Of a stretch of DNA of 64,000 bases, positions 59,893 through 64,000 are shown in pieces. A model generated the notes under the pieces. The model was not told the origin of the DNA. It ran no database searches and saw nothing but the letters and a program-made list of their open reading frames with translations. Where the stretch lies: the NCBI GenBank assembly GCA_963828125.1, contig CAWHDP010000002.1:576001-640000 (forward strand), written 5' to 3'. This DNA is from an uncultured Chlamydiae bacterium. GTDB lineage: Bacteria > Chlamydiota > Chlamydiia > Chlamydiales > SM23-39. Numbering within the stretch: position 1 is the first letter of the stretch; each line of letters begins with the position of its first letter. The position numbers and the translations under genes are program-made.

Positions 59893-60642
59893 ATGAATAT
59901 CGGGATACCCCTCGCACGCCCCCCCTGGACCTCCTTAGGCAAAGAGCTTGAGAGCGCCCTTAGAAAGGCCCTCTTCGACTTCTCTCTCCTCGAAAAAGAG
60001 ATCCAAAAACTCGCCGTCGCCCTCAGCGGAGGCAAAGATTCCCTCGCCCTCCTCTTCCTCCTCCACGCCATCCGCGGCAGGGGCTTCCCTCCCTTCGAAA
60101 TCCACGCTATCCATGTCGACGGAGAATTCTCTTGCGGCGCCGGGGTCGACGCCAATTTCTTGGGAGCTATCTGCAAGGAACTGGGGGTCAACTTCATCCT
60201 TAAATCATCCACCCAAAAACGGGAAGAACTCGAATGCTACAGATGCTCCAGAGAACGGCGCAGGCTCATCTTCGAGGGGGCTAAAGAGGTCGGCGCTACA
60301 ACTGTCGCCTTCGGCCATCATAGAGACGATAGCGCCCAAACACTCCTCCTCAATCTTTTACATAAAGCCGAATTCGCCGCTAACCTCCCCAAAGTCCATA
60401 TGCGCGATTATGGCGTCACCATTATCCGCCCTCTCATCTATATAGATGAAGAATCAATCCGCTCCTTCGCCAAACACTACGGCTTCTCCCGAATCTCTTG
60501 CCAATGCCCCGTCGGCCAAAATTCCAAAAGAAAGGTCGTCGACCAAATCATCAAAGACATAGAACTCCATTTCCCCCACGCAAGAACAAACTTGGCCAGG
60601 GCTGGCCTCTTATACGGCTCAGATAAAGCAAGCCGCCCTTGA
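59893..60642 (+). CDS. ttcA: tRNA 2-thiocytidine biosynthesis protein TtcA family
   Basis: PP-loop SGGKDS, CYRCSRERR, GHHRDD, IIRPL, CQCP. Confidence 0.9.
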   Translation: MNIGIPLARPPWTSLGKELESALRKALFDFSLLEKEIQKLAVALSGGKDSLALLFLLHAIRGRGFPPFEIHAIHVDGEFSCGAGVDANFLGAICKELGVNFILKSSTQKREELECYRCSRERRRLIFEGAKEVGATTVAFGHHRDDSAQTLLLNLLHKAEFAANLPKVHMRDYGVTIIRPLIYIDEESIRSFAKHYGFSRISCQCPVGQNSKRKVVDQIIKDIELHFPHARTNLARAGLLYGSDKASRP

Positions 60643-60699
60643 CTGGACATTGGCCTTTTCTCAGCACTGCGCGCCGATCAATGGCCAATATCCAGTTGA

Positions 60700-62184
60700 A
60701 TGATATCCAAACAAATGTTACCTTCGGATGCTATGGAATTCAGCGTGGCCCTTTTAGAAGTCGGAACTTTCTGCGGATACTTCCTCGTACTCATCCTCAT
60801 CGCCTCCCTCTCCTATCGTAAACAAAAATCCGATCAAGATTTCCTCATCGGAAATCGTTCCCTCAATTTCTGGCTCACAGCCCTATCAGCTCACGCAAGC
60901 GATATGAGCAGCTGGCTCTTCCTCGGCTACCCAGCTCTCATCTTCATGACCGGCCTCTTCTCCGCTTGGGCCGCCATCGGCCTCACTATCGGTATGTTCC
61001 TCAACTGGCACTTCATCGCACCCAAAATCCGCACCATTACCGAACAAATGGAAAGCTTAACCCTCAGCTCCTATTTCGAAGCCCGCTTTTCCGACCTCTC
61101 AGGAAGCATTCGCCTCGTCTCCGCCGCCATGTCTGTCCTCTTCTTCACGTTTTATATCTCCTCAGGTCTCGTCGGTATGGGAATCCTCGTCGAATCGCTC
61201 TTCAATATGAATTACCTCGTCGGCATCTCCATCGGCCTCTTCATCGTCATGCTCTACGTATTCATGGGCGGTTACCGCACTGTCGCTTGGATCGATCTCT
61301 TCCAAGGTTTCTTCCTCCTCGGCGTCATCGTCCTCATCCCCACTCTCCTCCTCATCTCCTATGGAGGCATCGATCCGATTATCCAAGCCGTCAAAATCAA
61401 AAATCTTTCCACTTCCCTACTCCCCAATTTCTCCGGCGCCACTCTTTGGAACATCTCCATGACCGCCGCGGGCTGGGGCCTCGGCTACTTCGGACAGCCT
61501 CACATCATCACCAAATTCATGGGAATCCGTAAAGTCGAAGAGATGTATAAGGCTAAATATCTAGGCATTAGCTGGCAGGCAATCGCCCTCGCCTCAGCCA
61601 CGCTAATCGGCTTGATCGGCGTCTATGTCTTCCCTCAAGGACTTGCCAATCCAGAACAGGTCATCCTCAGCATCGTTAAATCTACGTTCCCCCCCCTCTT
61701 CGCAGGACTCGTCCTCTGCGCCATCCTAGCAGCTACTACAAATGTCATGGCCGCTCAAATCCTCGTGGTCGCCTCCAATCTGTCGGAAGATTTCTATAAA
61801 CGGATCTTCCGCAGACATGCAACCTCTGCCGAACTCCTCTGGATGTCACGGATCAGCGTCGTGCTCATCTCCTCCATCGCTTTCACGATTGCCTTTTTCA
61901 AAATAACCACCATCTATAGACTCGTCCTCTACTCCTGGTCCGGCTTGGGCGCCTCTTTCGGCCCCTTGTTAATCCTCTCCCTCTATAGAAAATCAATCAA
62001 TAAATATGGCGCCTTCTCCGGTATCCTCGTCGGCGGATTGGCTGCGGCTATTTGGCCCTATTTCGAACCTAAACTCCCTTGGGATCTCCCCTCTCTAGTC
62101 GTCGGCTTCGTCCTCAGTGCCTGCGCGATCGAAGGGGTCTCCTTCCTCATGCGAAAACGACTCCAATTAGACAACGAACCTTAA
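60700..62184 (+). CDS. putP: Sodium/proline symporter
   Basis: ALSAHASDMSSWL, GGYRTVAWID, GWGLGYFGQPHI, WSGLGASFGP. Start may be a few codons downstream. Confidence 0.92.
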   Translation: MISKQMLPSDAMEFSVALLEVGTFCGYFLVLILIASLSYRKQKSDQDFLIGNRSLNFWLTALSAHASDMSSWLFLGYPALIFMTGLFSAWAAIGLTIGMFLNWHFIAPKIRTITEQMESLTLSSYFEARFSDLSGSIRLVSAAMSVLFFTFYISSGLVGMGILVESLFNMNYLVGISIGLFIVMLYVFMGGYRTVAWIDLFQGFFLLGVIVLIPTLLLISYGGIDPIIQAVKIKNLSTSLLPNFSGATLWNISMTAAGWGLGYFGQPHIITKFMGIRKVEEMYKAKYLGISWQAIALASATLIGLIGVYVFPQGLANPEQVILSIVKSTFPPLFAGLVLCAILAATTNVMAAQILVVASNLSEDFYKRIFRRHATSAELLWMSRISVVLISSIAFTIAFFKITTIYRLVLYSWSGLGASFGPLLILSLYRKSINKYGAFSGILVGGLAAAIWPYFEPKLPWDLPSLVVGFVLSACAIEGVSFLMRKRLQLDNEP

Positions 62185-62191
62185 AAAATTT

Positions 62192-62968
62192 ATGCGACCT
62201 TTCCTCCTAATCACAAATGACGATGGCATCAACGCACCAGGGATCAAACACCTCTGGCAGGCCGTCTCCGAATTCGCCGACGTCGCCATCGTCGCCCCTC
62301 ATGCAGAAAAATCGGGCTCCGGCCTCTCCATCACCTGGACCAAGCCGCTCCATATCCGCCCATTCCACTGGGAGGCCAATACCCCCGCTTGGTCCCTCAA
62401 TGGCACCCCCGCCGATTGTATCAAAATGGCTCTCTCCGTCCTCCTCGAAAAACGGCCCGATATGATCGTCTCCGGCATCAACCGAGGCTCCAACTCCGGA
62501 CGGACTGTCCTCTATAGCGGCACCATCGGCGGCGTCATCGAAGGCATCCTAAAGGGAATACCAGGCATCGCTTTCTCCTTCTCCGATTCCGAAGAACCCC
62601 CTCTCTCCACTACAAAACCTTACATCTTCCCCCTCATCCAACATTTCCTCAAAAACCCAACCGAGCCGGGCACCCTCCTCAATATCAATTTCCCTTATCA
62701 CTCCAAAGAATCCATCAAAGGCGTCCGAATGGCCAAACAGGGCAAAAGCTACTGGCGAGAGGCCCCAGATCAAAGAGTCCACCCCAGAGGAGATCCCTAC
62801 TACTGGCTCGGCGGCGATTGGGGCGCAGTCGACGAAGAACCCAATACCGACGTCTCTCTCCTAGAACAAGGCTACATCGCCGTCGCCCCCATCCATGTCG
62901 CCGAACTCACCTGCCATAAAACATATGAAAAATTTAAATACTTCACAGAAACAGATTTAATATTTTAA
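62192..62968 (+). CDS. surE: 5'/3'-nucleotidase SurE
   Basis: LITNDDG, GTPADC, SGINRGSN, YSGT. Confidence 0.97.
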   Translation: MRPFLLITNDDGINAPGIKHLWQAVSEFADVAIVAPHAEKSGSGLSITWTKPLHIRPFHWEANTPAWSLNGTPADCIKMALSVLLEKRPDMIVSGINRGSNSGRTVLYSGTIGGVIEGILKGIPGIAFSFSDSEEPPLSTTKPYIFPLIQHFLKNPTEPGTLLNINFPYHSKESIKGVRMAKQGKSYWREAPDQRVHPRGDPYYWLGGDWGAVDEEPNTDVSLLEQGYIAVAPIHVAELTCHKTYEKFKYFTETDLIF

Positions 62969-63011
62969 TGCGGTTTTAATTAACTATTCGTTGTGTTATA
63001 ATTGCCAAGCA

Positions 63012-63758
63012 ATGGCGTTATACACAAGCACTACATGTACTGATAAGTTGGGCGTTCCATCAAAAAATTTCGATGTGATTCTCTGTTTGCCGAAAAACTT
63101 CAAAAAAGAAGACGTCATCACGAACGTGGCGTCTGTTTGCCTTCAGGAAATAGAAAAATCTCAACTTGGATGGGGCCATTCGGTCAGAAAATTTTTAGCT
63201 AGCAGCCTGACCTACGCCTCTCTGTTAGCTCTTCCGATCGCAACTCTTATGGGAGCCCTTTGGTTTTATCTCGACAAGATCAAAGAGCTCTCCGTTTTAT
63301 ATGACGCCAAAAGTTTGATTTATACAGGCGGCGGCCTCAGCGCTCTCTATCTGGCTGATTTCGCCATTGGCAAACTATTCGGCGTCAGGCCGGCGACGGC
63401 CATCGTATTGGCCACTTACGACGTCTATCGGACGGGGGCCAAATATCTCTCCGATCAGGTTCGGGACAGCTACACAAATCATGAATTGAACATGAAAGAG
63501 GCGATCCAAAAAAATCGGAAAACGGTCGAAGAGCAGCTTAAAAACGCTTACTTAGGGATCGCTGACGAACTCACTCGGCGCCACAAAGCTGGAAGCCTCT
63601 CAAAGGATGATCTCGACGCCCTCAAAACTCATTTTCCTCTCATCAAAAAAGCATTGTTACAAATCGGTCTCACCCTACCTGTAGCGACCGAGATCCTCAC
63701 TCCTCTGGAACAGGCGGCAAATCTAATTTCTCTTGAGCAAAATCAGCCAAAATCGTAA
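63012..63758 (+). CDS. Hypothetical membrane protein
   Basis: Long ORF with central hydrophobic segments and a helical C-terminus. Confidence 0.7.
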   Translation: MALYTSTTCTDKLGVPSKNFDVILCLPKNFKKEDVITNVASVCLQEIEKSQLGWGHSVRKFLASSLTYASLLALPIATLMGALWFYLDKIKELSVLYDAKSLIYTGGGLSALYLADFAIGKLFGVRPATAIVLATYDVYRTGAKYLSDQVRDSYTNHELNMKEAIQKNRKTVEEQLKNAYLGIADELTRRHKAGSLSKDDLDALKTHFPLIKKALLQIGLTLPVATEILTPLEQAANLISLEQNQPKS

Positions 63759-63777
63759 CATAACTGTTCGTTACGAG

Positions 63778-63850
63778 GGGCGTATAGCTCAGTTGGTAGA
63801 GCGCCTGTCTTACACACAGGTGGTCATAGGTTCGAGTCCTTTTGCGCCCA
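63778..63850 (+). tRNA. tRNA-Val(TAC)
   Basis: Cloverleaf, anticodon loop CTTACAC, GGTTCGAGTCC. Confidence 0.96.
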
Positions 63851-63871
63851 AGCTTTGTATCGACCTCCTTC

Positions 63872-63945
63872 GCGGGAGTAGTTCAATTGGTTAGAGCGCC
63901 GCCCTGTCACGGCGGAAGTTGCGGGTTCGAGCCCCGTCTCCCGCG
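63872..63945 (+). tRNA. tRNA-Asp(GTC)
   Basis: Cloverleaf, anticodon loop CTGTCAC, GGTTCGAGCCC. Confidence 0.97.
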
Positions 63946-64000
63946 TTTATTTTTACGGATGTTATGGCTGCAGTACCGCTCTCCAAAAAAATCCTTAAAC

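Overview
About 59 kb of this window is a nested, partly decayed accessory region. It is followed by core genes (tRNA-Tyr, tRNA-Thr, a SEC-C protein, ttcA, putP, surE, tRNA-Val, tRNA-Asp). The gene content suggests an environmental Chlamydiota genome, but that is inference only. Left part (1 to ~50.5 kb): a tandem array of tyrosine-integrase islands. Their junctions carry the 3' half of a CAT-anticodon tRNA (11083, 17357, 29008, plus a copy cut exactly at the anticodon loop at 3696-3708). Three classes of paired arm-type repeats with 11-bp period flank these junctions. The cargo is mostly polymorphic toxin-immunity cassettes: four large RHS proteins with predicted signal peptides, one non-RHS toxin-like protein, and orphan toxin tips. 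There are also AbiE toxin-antitoxin loci and a type I-E cas operon broken by IS elements. Right part (52-59.4 kb): remnants of a large serine recombinase system. Its short att-like repeat occurs three times and shares a core with the 3' end of tRNA-Tyr. An internally deleted group II intron sits precisely inside one of these repeats. No CRISPR array was seen. All calls are by eye, from motifs and sequence comparison; no searches were run.
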